Below, in pieces: positions 47,553-56,046 of a DNA stretch of 64,000 nucleotides; position 1 is the first letter of the stretch; every line of letters begins with the position of its first letter. This stretch comes from Candidatus Acidiferrales bacterium (GTDB lineage: Bacteria > Acidobacteriota > Terriglobia > Acidiferrales > UBA7541): assembly GCA_049787175.1 (NCBI GenBank), contig JBAQYT010000135.1:2548-66547 (forward strand), given 5' to 3'. The position numbers and the translations under genes were made by a program. The notes below the pieces were generated by a model. It was not told the origin of the DNA and did no database searches. It saw only the letters and a list, made by a program, of their open reading frames with translations.

Positions 47553-48431
47553 ATGAAACATATTGCAACTGCTTCGATTACGGATTACGAGCTCGATGAG
47601 ATTCGTACGCTCATTGAGCGACGCTCCGGCATTTTGTTCGATGCGTCGCGTGAACGGTTTTTCTCGACACGCATTCGCGAACACATGGCGGCAAGGCATT
47701 TCGCGCACGGCACAGACCTGCTTCGCAAGCTGCATGACTCGAATGTTGAATATGACACGCTGGTCGAGCGCTTGCTGACGCAGGAGACTTCCTTTTTCCG
47801 CTATCCGGCAGTTTTCGAGGCCTTTCAGAGAAAAGTTCTTCCCGAACTACACATGAAGAAATTCTGGGAGAACCCGAGGTCTTTGCGGGTGTGGAGCGCC
47901 GGGTGCGCCACGGGAGAAGAGCCCTATTCCATCGCCATTTCGGTGGCAGACGCACTGATGTTTTCCGAAGCGTGGAACGTTGAGATCCTGGCGACGGATA
48001 TCAGCAAGAATGCACTGAAATACGCGCAGCAAGGCGTGTATTCCCGCAGAAATATCGGCCATCTTTCTCCGCGCCAACTGGATGCGTATTTTACCGCCTC
48101 CGGCAATGAACACGTCATCAAGCCGCGCGTCCGCCGCATGGTTTCGTTCGCGCCCATGAACTTGGCGCAGGCCGTGTACCTCGGACGCCTAGATTGTATT
48201 TTCTGCATGAACGTCATGATCTACTTTTCGGAGGCGCGCAGGAATTCGTTGATCCAGCACTTCTACGAATATCTCGAGCCCGGCGGCTATCTGTTTCTCG
48301 GCCATTCGGAATCCGTTTCGAATGTTCCGGTAAAGTTTGAGGCGGTTGTCTGCGGGGACTGCATTCTTTATCGCAAGCCAGCGGGCGAAATGATTTATCG
48401 CGGCGCGGCGCTCGTGGAAGGTGCCCTGTGA
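47553..48431 (+). CDS. cheR: CheR-type protein-glutamate methyltransferase (PilK-like position)
   Basis: 'ETSFFRY', 'VWSAGCATGEEPYSIA' and 'CIFCMNVMIYF'. Confidence 0.9.
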   Translation: MKHIATASITDYELDEIRTLIERRSGILFDASRERFFSTRIREHMAARHFAHGTDLLRKLHDSNVEYDTLVERLLTQETSFFRYPAVFEAFQRKVLPELHMKKFWENPRSLRVWSAGCATGEEPYSIAISVADALMFSEAWNVEILATDISKNALKYAQQGVYSRRNIGHLSPRQLDAYFTASGNEHVIKPRVRRMVSFAPMNLAQAVYLGRLDCIFCMNVMIYFSEARRNSLIQHFYEYLEPGGYLFLGHSESVSNVPVKFEAVVCGDCILYRKPAGEMIYRGAALVEGAL

Positions 48432-51427
48432 GCGATCCTGGAAAAGGCGCAATCGAAGTCTTTCTGCAGGAAGCGTCTGAGCACCTGCAATTCCTGCGGG
48501 AATACGCGAGCATCCTGCAGGAGCCGCAGCCCAATCCCGAGAATCTCGAACGGCTGTACATTGCCGCGCATACGCTCTCCGGCACTTCGGCGACCTACGG
48601 ATTTCCGCTGTTCTCGGAAATCTCAGGCAAGCTCGCGCATATTTTTCAGTACACGCGCAACGCGCCTCTCAACTCCGACACTATAGCGCCTCTCACGGAG
48701 TTTCTCTCTGACGCCATCTCCGTTCTCGAATTCGATCTGCTCGAAATCAGCGACTCCGCCATGGAAGTGGCATTGGACATTCAAGCATTCAAGCAGCGCT
48801 ACGCCTTCGCATTTCCTGCGGCTGCACCTTCTTCCCCGGTTGAAACCGCCATCGCCAGCACTTCGGGAGAGGCGGCGGATTCGGTGCCGCATCCGACTCA
48901 AGAAACTACTTCGCATTATGACTCCTTGCCGCACGATGATGAGGTTGCCGACGAAGTCCTGCAGTTTTTCGTTCCTGAAGCCGAGGAACACCTCCAAACC
49001 GTTACGGAATGCCTGCTCGCGCTGGAAACAAATCCGAGCCCCGAAGATGTAAACCGGCTGTTTCGGGCCATGCATACGGTCAAGGGCTCGGCGGCTCAGG
49101 TTGGCCTGCACCGTATTTCCGCGATCGCCCATCGCGTCGAAGATTTGATTGGGCAGGTTCGCGATGGCATTCTTGCCCCTGGTGCCGAACTCACCGATCT
49201 GTGCCTGGAATCCGCGGACATTTTGAAGAAGTTCTTGCATCACCAATGGCACAGCGAAGCCGACGCTCGCACAGCGGTCGACCTGCTGCTTTCACGCATT
49301 TCTGAATTTCTGCCGGAGGAAACAGACGTCCCGACGCCGGCGGATTCCGTGGAAAGCGCCATGGTTCAAGCTGCTGTTGAGGGAGCGGGCCTCGCCCATT
49401 CCACCGACCCCGCGCACAGCGATGACGCGGCCGCTGAGGCGTCCAAGCTCTCTCCTGTGAATGCGCCCCAGCTGCACTCTGTCCGCATTTCACTGGAGCG
49501 TTTGGACAAAATGATGAACGCGGTCGGCGAACTGGTCATCAATCGCACGCGCATGATCGGCCGTCTGGCCGAGCTTGAGAAGCTCGTCGAAATCTTGAAT
49601 TTCTCCAAGTCTCGCCTGGGAGAGAAGATTTCCGGATTTCAAGACAAGTACGAATTCCGATGGGTCGGAGCGCAGTCTACGTCGCTTTCTTCAAATGTGA
49701 GTCCGCAACATGCCTCCAGGGCGCCTTCCGACAATCGCCATGATCCGTTTAGCGAATTCACCGAACTCGAGATGGATCGGTACGATGATTTCAGCATTCT
49801 CTCCCGTTCCCTGGCGGAGATTTCCGCCGACGTAAACGAGGTTCTCGCGCAGCTCGGCGGCTTTATGGGCCGCGTCGATGCGGATATCGATGAATTTACG
49901 AAACTGGCGCATCACCTTCAGGATCAGATTACGCAGGCGCGGATGGTTCCGATCGGCAATCTGTACACGCGCCTGTCGCGGACGGTGCGCGATGCCGCGA
50001 AGATGTCAGGCAAAGAAATCGACTTCGTTCTGGACGGCGCTTCCACAGAACTTGACAACAACATCATTCAGCAGATTTCCGATCCGCTGATTCACATTGT
50101 CCGCAATGCCGTTGCACACGGCCTGGAAATGCCGGAGGAGCGCGCGCAGCAGGGCAAGAATCCTCGAGGGCGCATCGCTGTGCGCGCCTATCACCGCGGC
50201 AATCACATTTTCATCGAGGTGGAAGACGACGGCTGCGGCATCGATGCGGAGAAGGTTCGCGCCCGCGCCGCCGAATCCGGATTCGTTTCCGCCGAGCAGG
50301 CGCGTCAGATGAACGACCGCGAATTGCGCAATCTCCTCTTTTTGCCCGGATTTTCCACGGCCCACGAAAAGACCGAACTGGCCGGCCGCGGCGTGGGCCT
50401 GGACGTCGTCAAATCGAATCTGGATGCGCTCAATGGCGAAGTGGAAATACGCACCGAAGTTGGACAAGGCTCTTGTTTCACGCTGAAAGTTCCGCTCACG
50501 CTGATTATTTCACAGGCGCTCTTCGTTCGTTGCGGCGCATCGCTTTTTGCTTTGCCGCTTGGCTTCGTCGAGGAAATTCGGCGTTTGCGTCCCGAGGAGA
50601 TTGAGGATGTCGGCGGCAAGCTGCTCACAAAAGTTCGCGATGAGATTATCGACGTGGTTCGGCTCGACGCGCGTCTAGGCCTTCCTCTGCTCGAAACAGT
50701 GAACGGTTATTTTCGGATGGTTATCGTCAAAGTCGCGGGGCGGCGCGTTGGCTTGGTGGTGGACGAAGTCCTGCGAAAAGACGAAGTGGTCATCAAGAAT
50801 CTTGGGGGCTTCCTTCGCAACATCAGGCTTTTCCCCGGCGCGACGATTGCCCCTGACGGAAGTTTGATTCTTGCCATCGACTTGCATCGGCTGGTCGCCC
50901 TGGAACTCTCCGAGCACGCCTCGATCAGCGCCACGGCCGCGGCAGCGCGGGTGTTCGCGCCGGGGGCCGCAGCGGTTGCGTCGGGCAGCATTCCCGCGGA
51001 GGCGATTGACGAAGTTCAGAGCGAGCGCGTGGTTGTCGTCGTGGATGATTCCATCAGCGTGCGCAAATTCGTCGGCAGGATGCTCGAGAAAGCCGGCTAT
51101 CGCGTGCTGCTTGCTTCTGACGGTCTGGAGGCGACAGAGCTTGTGGCGCAATCGGGCGCGCATTTGATCATCACCGACCTCGAAATGCCACGCATGAATG
51201 GATACGAGCTGATGAGCCATTTGCGCCAGAATCGGGAAACGCGCCGGATTCCGACGATGGTCGTTACCTCGCGCGCCGGCGCAAAACACCGCGACCGCGC
51301 ATTAAAGGAAGGCGCGGTGGCATTTCTCACAAAGCCCGTACAAGAGGAACAGTTGCTTGCGGCCGTGGCGTCGATTCTAGGAGTGGAGAAGGCGGGGCTG
51401 CGTCACCGGCCCGTGCCTGTTGGCTGA
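48428..51427 (+). CDS. Hybrid CheA-type histidine kinase: 2 x Hpt - dimerisation - HATPase - CheW - REC (ChpA-like)
   Basis: Hpt1 'AAHTLSGTSATYGF' and Hpt2 'AMHTVKGSAAQVGL'. 'HIVRNAVAHGLE', 'DDGCGID' and 'GRGVGLDVV'. CheW-like domain. C-terminal REC 'VVVVDDSISVRK...IITDLEMPRMNG...FLTKPV'. GTG start overlaps the cheR stop (GTGA). Confidence 0.93.
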   Translation: MSDPGKGAIEVFLQEASEHLQFLREYASILQEPQPNPENLERLYIAAHTLSGTSATYGFPLFSEISGKLAHIFQYTRNAPLNSDTIAPLTEFLSDAISVLEFDLLEISDSAMEVALDIQAFKQRYAFAFPAAAPSSPVETAIASTSGEAADSVPHPTQETTSHYDSLPHDDEVADEVLQFFVPEAEEHLQTVTECLLALETNPSPEDVNRLFRAMHTVKGSAAQVGLHRISAIAHRVEDLIGQVRDGILAPGAELTDLCLESADILKKFLHHQWHSEADARTAVDLLLSRISEFLPEETDVPTPADSVESAMVQAAVEGAGLAHSTDPAHSDDAAAEASKLSPVNAPQLHSVRISLERLDKMMNAVGELVINRTRMIGRLAELEKLVEILNFSKSRLGEKISGFQDKYEFRWVGAQSTSLSSNVSPQHASRAPSDNRHDPFSEFTELEMDRYDDFSILSRSLAEISADVNEVLAQLGGFMGRVDADIDEFTKLAHHLQDQITQARMVPIGNLYTRLSRTVRDAAKMSGKEIDFVLDGASTELDNNIIQQISDPLIHIVRNAVAHGLEMPEERAQQGKNPRGRIAVRAYHRGNHIFIEVEDDGCGIDAEKVRARAAESGFVSAEQARQMNDRELRNLLFLPGFSTAHEKTELAGRGVGLDVVKSNLDALNGEVEIRTEVGQGSCFTLKVPLTLIISQALFVRCGASLFALPLGFVEEIRRLRPEEIEDVGGKLLTKVRDEIIDVVRLDARLGLPLLETVNGYFRMVIVKVAGRRVGLVVDEVLRKDEVVIKNLGGFLRNIRLFPGATIAPDGSLILAIDLHRLVALELSEHASISATAAAARVFAPGAAAVASGSIPAEAIDEVQSERVVVVVDDSISVRKFVGRMLEKAGYRVLLASDGLEATELVAQSGAHLIITDLEMPRMNGYELMSHLRQNRETRRIPTMVVTSRAGAKHRDRALKEGAVAFLTKPVQEEQLLAAVASILGVEKAGLRHRPVPVG

Positions 51428-51431
51428 AACC

Positions 51432-52547
51432 ATGAATGCCGCCACAAAAAAGATTCGTGTGCTGCTGGTGGACGATTCGTCCTTCATGCGCAAAGTGCTG
51501 CACGGCATCGTCAGCGCCGATCCTCAGATGGAAGTCGTCGGCCAAGCCAAGGATGGAAACGAAGCGATCGCCATGGCGCAATCGCTCAAACCCGACGTGA
51601 TCACCATGGACATCAACATGCCGCACATGGATGGTTTGCAGGCGACCGAACAGATCATGTCGCAGAATCCGAAGCCGATTGTCATTGTCAGTTCGGAAAC
51701 GCGCGACGGCGCCTCAAGCACGCTGGCCGCTTTGGAGCTAGGCGCGATTGATTTCATTTCCAAGCCTTCCAGCGGCATCGACCTTGACATGAATTCAGTG
51801 GGCGCCGATCTGAATCGCAAGTTGAAGATGGCGGCGAAAGTTCACGTGATACGCACTGCGGCGCGACCGAAGCTCCGTGCTGGCGCAGCGCATCGGTCTG
51901 CTCCTTCGGCCGTCTCGACTGAGCACGCCGGCTCCGCTGGTGTGGCAGGTAGTCGCTTCCCCCTGGTGGTGATCGCCGCTTCCACGGGCGGGCCAGCGGC
52001 GGTCATGCGTCTCGCGGCGGATCTTCCGAAGGATCTTCCCGCTGCAGTTGTATTGGTTCAACACATGCCCGCGAGCTTCACCAGCCAATACGCTATCCAG
52101 CTCGCCGACGCGACGGAAATCGAAGTGAAAGAAGCCTCAGCGAATGAAGCTCTCGCCCCCGGCATTCTCTACGTTTGCCCTGGCTCGCACCACCTGCGCA
52201 TTTCGCCGAAGGGACGCATCGTGCTCGATAGTGGAGCGCGTATTTCCGGGTACCGCCCCTGCGCCGATGTCGCGATGGAAACTGCGGCCGGCTGGACCGG
52301 GCCAATAACCACAGGCGTGGTTCTCACCGGCATGGGCAATGATGGTTCGCGCGGCGCTCAGGCAATTTATTCCGCTGGGGGGGCGGTTTTCGTTCAGGAC
52401 GAGGCGACTTCGGTCATTTTTGGAATGCCTGCGGAGGTTATTAAAACGGGGTTTGTAAGCCAAGTTCTTCCACTGGATCAAATTGCCGCGGCGATTGAAA
52501 AACGCGTGCGCCAACTCGCCAGCGCTCCACAGACTGTGCTGCCATGA
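51432..52547 (+). CDS. cheB: CheB-type methylesterase (REC + catalytic domain; ChpB-like position)
   Basis: 'VLLVDDSSFMRK...TMDINMPHMDG', 'VVIAASTGGPAAV', 'VQHMPASFT', 'YRPCADVAM' and 'VVLTGMGNDGS'. I chose ATG 51432; the track ORF uses an in-frame TTG at 51420. Confidence 0.9.
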   Translation: MNAATKKIRVLLVDDSSFMRKVLHGIVSADPQMEVVGQAKDGNEAIAMAQSLKPDVITMDINMPHMDGLQATEQIMSQNPKPIVIVSSETRDGASSTLAALELGAIDFISKPSSGIDLDMNSVGADLNRKLKMAAKVHVIRTAARPKLRAGAAHRSAPSAVSTEHAGSAGVAGSRFPLVVIAASTGGPAAVMRLAADLPKDLPAAVVLVQHMPASFTSQYAIQLADATEIEVKEASANEALAPGILYVCPGSHHLRISPKGRIVLDSGARISGYRPCADVAMETAAGWTGPITTGVVLTGMGNDGSRGAQAIYSAGGAVFVQDEATSVIFGMPAEVIKTGFVSQVLPLDQIAAAIEKRVRQLASAPQTVLP

Positions 52548-53101
52548 AAATCGCGCCGAGCGAACCGCGGCCAGGCCGCCACTCTTCTCGCAGCGAGCCG
52601 GTGATACTTTTCTCCATTGCGGGCCAGATGTTTGCGATCAATGCGAACGCCATTCAGGAAATCCGCACCACGGACAGCATTTCGGCCGCCGCTTCCGAAG
52701 TTTCGGCTGGCGGCATCGCGAAAGTGCGCCATCGCTTGCGGCGTGGCCACAAGACTTTTCACGTGGTAAATGGTTGCGTTCATTTTGGGTTGGCAACGTC
52801 GCGCCCGGCGCAGGTTGTGGTCCTGCGAAATCATCGCATCGCTGTTCTCGTGGACTCCATCGATCGGATGGAGACGATGTCGTTCCTTATGGCCCTGCCA
52901 CCCGGATTCTGTGGCCCCGAGCGTTTGTGGTATCGCGGAATAACCTTAGTTGCTGAAAATGTTGTTCCGGTCGTAAGCCCGTCAGGATTTTTGACGGAGC
53001 AGGAACTCGCGCAATTGGACGCAGCAGCGGCGGAGGCTGACATTGCCGCAGAGGCCGCTGTTCAAGCGACACATCAGGCGCCCGCGGAGCATCCTGAATG
53101 A
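52544..53101 (+). CDS. Divergent CheW-like domain protein (ChpC-like position)
   Basis: 'ILFSIAGQMFAINANAIQEI', 'VVVLRNHRIAVLVDSIDRM' and 'GITLVAENVVPVVSPSGF' follow the CheW pattern. Ala/Glu-rich tail. ATGA overlap with cheB. Confidence 0.65.
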   Translation: MKIAPSEPRPGRHSSRSEPVILFSIAGQMFAINANAIQEIRTTDSISAAASEVSAGGIAKVRHRLRRGHKTFHVVNGCVHFGLATSRPAQVVVLRNHRIAVLVDSIDRMETMSFLMALPPGFCGPERLWYRGITLVAENVVPVVSPSGFLTEQELAQLDAAAAEADIAAEAAVQATHQAPAEHPE

Positions 53102-53577
53102 CCGTCGCGGTCGAAACTCCCACAAAATCTTTTGTTCTCTTGCCGTTGGGCAACCGTCGTATTGCCTTTGCGGCGGACTCCGTCATCGAACTGACCGCGT
53201 TTGAGAAGCTTCAGCATTTTCCGCACGGCACGCCGTGGATTTCCGGCGTGCTTGTGCGCCGCAACCGCGTGGTGCCGGTCTGCGATGTCAGCAAATTATT
53301 CGGCGAAGAGGCGCTCTCGGTGGGCCGTTTCTATTTGATCGCGGAATGGCAGGAGCACGGCGTGCGCGACTGGTGCGCCATTCCGGTCGCCGGAGAATGC
53401 GAACTAGCGTCTGCCGAATCGGTGCTGCCCGTCGTTCCCCAAACGAGCGTGCGGCCCTGGTTCGTTACCGGGCTCATATCCGTCGCCGGCGAAGAGATAG
53501 AAGTCGTCGACTTGACCAAACTCATTCAGGCGCGCCGCGTGGCGCTCGGAAGTCCCGCTGTGGAGCCTGCGTCATGA
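53098..53577 (+). CDS. Second divergent CheW-like domain protein
   Basis: 'FVLLPLGNRRIAFAADSVIEL', 'WISGVLVRRNRVVPVCDVSKLFG' and 'GLISVAGEEIEVVDLTKLI'. ATGA overlaps at both ends. Confidence 0.65.
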   Translation: MTVAVETPTKSFVLLPLGNRRIAFAADSVIELTAFEKLQHFPHGTPWISGVLVRRNRVVPVCDVSKLFGEEALSVGRFYLIAEWQEHGVRDWCAIPVAGECELASAESVLPVVPQTSVRPWFVTGLISVAGEEIEVVDLTKLIQARRVALGSPAVEPAS

Positions 53578-54419
53578 GCGTCGCCGTGGCGCTGCCGAAA
53601 ATTTTACTGATTGACAGCAACGTGTATTTTTCCAAAAAACTCAGTGATGCATTGAAAACGGAAGGCTTCGAAGTGGTCACGAGCTCCCAAGCTGCATACG
53701 CACTCACCATGCTCGAATGGAATCGCCCGGCGGCTGTGCTTTGCGCAACGAATCTTCGCGAAATGAGCGCCTACGAGATTGCGCCGATTCTGCGCGCGGA
53801 TTCGAAAACCGCCGCGATTCCTATCATTGCCGTGGGCAATGGCGGAGATCAGGCGCTCATGGAGGCGTTTCGTTCCGGCTGCGACGACTATGTGGATCGC
53901 CGCTGCGCGCCGGACGACATCGCCGCGCACGTGCGCGCATTCCTCCTGAGCCGCCAGGAAGGATTCCAGCCGACGCAAATGGTCCCGAGCTCCATGGCCA
54001 CGCTTACCGGCGACCTGTCTCGCATGGACTTGCCCGGCGTGATTCAAATGCTGAATCAGGCTCGGCAGACCGGCGCCCTGAATATCAATGCGGGGGACAC
54101 GGACGGCGTCATCTACTTCGACGGCGGCGAGCTGTCGCATGCGGAGTGCGGCGTGCTTTTCGGGGATGAAGCAGTCATTCATATTCTCAAGTCTTGCGAA
54201 GGCGCCGGCAAAGGCGTCTACAAATTTGTATACGGCACCACTGCCACGCATCATACGGTGCTGCGTTCGGCCACGGACCTAATGCTCGATGCCATGCGCG
54301 AGCTGGACGAAGCAGCCCACGAAGCGGAATCCAGTGAAAGCGGCGGGGAAGTATCCGAGCCGCAGTCCGGGAATCCATCAGAGAGCGGCCCCGATAAAAT
54401 CGAATGGGAGCGGCCATGA
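53574..54419 (+). CDS. Degenerate receiver domain fused to a DUF4388 (PATAN-type) domain
   Basis: The N-terminal REC fold 'ILLIDSNVYFSKK...' has 'AAVLCATNLREMSAYE' where the phospho-acceptor Asp should be, and 'DRRC' instead of KPF. The C-terminal 'LTGDLSRMDLPGVIQMLNQARQTGALNINAGDTDGVIYFDGGELSHAECGVLFGDEAVIHIL' fits the DUF4388 pattern. I chose ATG 53574 (ATGA overlap); the track ORF start at 53235 is an Arg-rich artefact. Confidence 0.65.
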   Translation: MSVAVALPKILLIDSNVYFSKKLSDALKTEGFEVVTSSQAAYALTMLEWNRPAAVLCATNLREMSAYEIAPILRADSKTAAIPIIAVGNGGDQALMEAFRSGCDDYVDRRCAPDDIAAHVRAFLLSRQEGFQPTQMVPSSMATLTGDLSRMDLPGVIQMLNQARQTGALNINAGDTDGVIYFDGGELSHAECGVLFGDEAVIHILKSCEGAGKGVYKFVYGTTATHHTVLRSATDLMLDAMRELDEAAHEAESSESGGEVSEPQSGNPSESGPDKIEWERP

Positions 54420-55147
54420 GCGAAACGCCCGAAACTGTTACGGAAAAAGTGCCTACGGTTTACTTCATCGATGACAGCGCCACGATGCGCGAAGTCATCA
54501 AGATCGCCTTCCGGCGCGAGTCGATGAACGTGATCACCTGCCGCGATGCTGCTTCCGCGTTGGCGCAATTCAACGAAACGGCTCCCGATGCCGTCATCAC
54601 CGATGTGATCATGCCGGGCAAAGACGGCTACGAAGTCTGCCAGTTCATCAAGAAGGACGCCAATCTTGCGAAAACGCCGGTGATTTTGATGTCCGGCGTT
54701 GTCGATCGAACCGTTGCCGAAAAGGCCATCGCCGCATGCGCTGATGAGCTGATTCGTAAACCGTTTCAGCCGCAGGAGCTGATTACGCGCGTCAGAAATC
54801 TGCTCAATCCGAAGCCACAAGCCGCTCACGCAAAGGAGCCATCTGCGAGCGCTGAGGCGCGCCCTGCCGCTGCGGCATTGTCGGGAATTTTCGCCATGCC
54901 GGCTGAGCCCGCGCTGGCAGTGGTGCGGCCTGTTCCTGCGATTGCGGGGAGCCAGCGGCCCGCCGTTTCCACCCCGGCGTATTCTTCGCCCCGGCCTGCT
55001 GCGACGTCAGGCGAAATTCAGAAGCTGCGCTTTGAGATTCAGCGGCTCGAAATGCTCGTCAAGAAGCTTCAGTCGGACCTCGAAGCCGAGCGCCAATATG
55101 TTGCCTCGCTCGAATTGCACATGCGCACCCTCCAGGAAGCCGAGTGA
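54416..55147 (+). CDS. Response regulator: canonical REC + Ala/Pro-rich linker + C-terminal coiled coil
   Basis: 'VYFIDDSATMRE', 'AVITDVIMPGKDG', 'VILMSGV' and 'LIRKPF'. A linker 'PKPQAAHAKEPSASAEARPAAAA...' follows, then the heptad-like 'EIQKLRFEIQRLEMLVKKLQSDLEAERQYVASLELHMRTLQEAE'. ATGA overlap with the preceding gene. Confidence 0.8.
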   Translation: MSETPETVTEKVPTVYFIDDSATMREVIKIAFRRESMNVITCRDAASALAQFNETAPDAVITDVIMPGKDGYEVCQFIKKDANLAKTPVILMSGVVDRTVAEKAIAACADELIRKPFQPQELITRVRNLLNPKPQAAHAKEPSASAEARPAAAALSGIFAMPAEPALAVVRPVPAIAGSQRPAVSTPAYSSPRPAATSGEIQKLRFEIQRLEMLVKKLQSDLEAERQYVASLELHMRTLQEAE

Positions 55148-55166
55148 GGCTGGCGTCGCGAGACTT

Positions 55167-56042
55167 TTACATATGCTTGGACGTCAAGAACTCTCGAACA
55201 ACCGCGCTCACGTCTCTATGCTGGACAGTCGCTTCGTAATTCATGTGTTGCATGTCGCGATCTGAAATTGTGCCGGCTAGTTCCGCGATTGCCATCATCA
55301 CTTCCAGATGCTTTTTCGCGATTTCGCCACGGACGATAGTCACCGCCTGATACGGCGGAAAGTAATGTTTGTCGTCTTCAAGCACGGTGAAGTCACTGGT
55401 CATCAATTGTCCGTCGGTCGTGTTTCCGGCCACGATGTCCACTTGGCGCGCTGACAGCGCACGATAGAGAAGCCCTAAATCCATAATTCGCGGAGTGCCG
55501 GCAAATTTCAGACCATAGGTTTTCACGAATCCATCATATCCGTCGGGACGTTCCATGAACTCGTATCCGAATCCGGGGCGCCAAGACGGTGCATACTTCG
55601 CGGCTTGCGAAATCGTTCGAATGTGATCCTTCTGAGCATCTGTTCCTCGAATCACAATGGCGAAACTGTCGTTGAATCCCAGGGGCGGCTCGACGATGAG
55701 ATTGAAACGCTTCGCATACTCGCTGCGAACATGTTCAAACACGGCATGAGGATCTTTCTCTGGCGGTCCTTTCAGTACTGCGGTTAGCGCCGTGCCTGTG
55801 TACTCCACGTACATATCGATCCGGCCGGCGAGCAACGCCTGGTGACAAATATACGTACCAGCAAGATAGAACCGCCGCTCCACGTGCATTCCTGTCCGTG
55901 CTTCAATTCGTTGTGCAAGGAGCTCACCGAGAATGGCCTGCTCGGGGAAATTTTTCGAGCCAACGACGATGGTGTTTTGGCGATTGACGCATCCCGCGGC
56001 GAAGATGGCTGCGACGATGCAGGTGAGAATCGGCCAGCGCAT
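55167..56042 (-). CDS. Glycine betaine/choline-type (QAT family) ABC transporter substrate-binding lipoprotein
   Basis: Lipobox 'IFAAGC'. 'VGSKNFPEQAILGELLAQ', 'IDMYVEYTGTAL' and 'LEDDKHYFPPYQA' are typical of OpuBC/OpuCC/OsmX-like binding proteins. I chose ATG 56042. Confidence 0.85.
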   Translation of the reverse strand: MRWPILTCIVAAIFAAGCVNRQNTIVVGSKNFPEQAILGELLAQRIEARTGMHVERRFYLAGTYICHQALLAGRIDMYVEYTGTALTAVLKGPPEKDPHAVFEHVRSEYAKRFNLIVEPPLGFNDSFAIVIRGTDAQKDHIRTISQAAKYAPSWRPGFGYEFMERPDGYDGFVKTYGLKFAGTPRIMDLGLLYRALSARQVDIVAGNTTDGQLMTSDFTVLEDDKHYFPPYQAVTIVRGEIAKKHLEVMMAIAELAGTISDRDMQHMNYEATVQHRDVSAVVREFLTSKHM

Positions 56043-56046
56043 GGAG

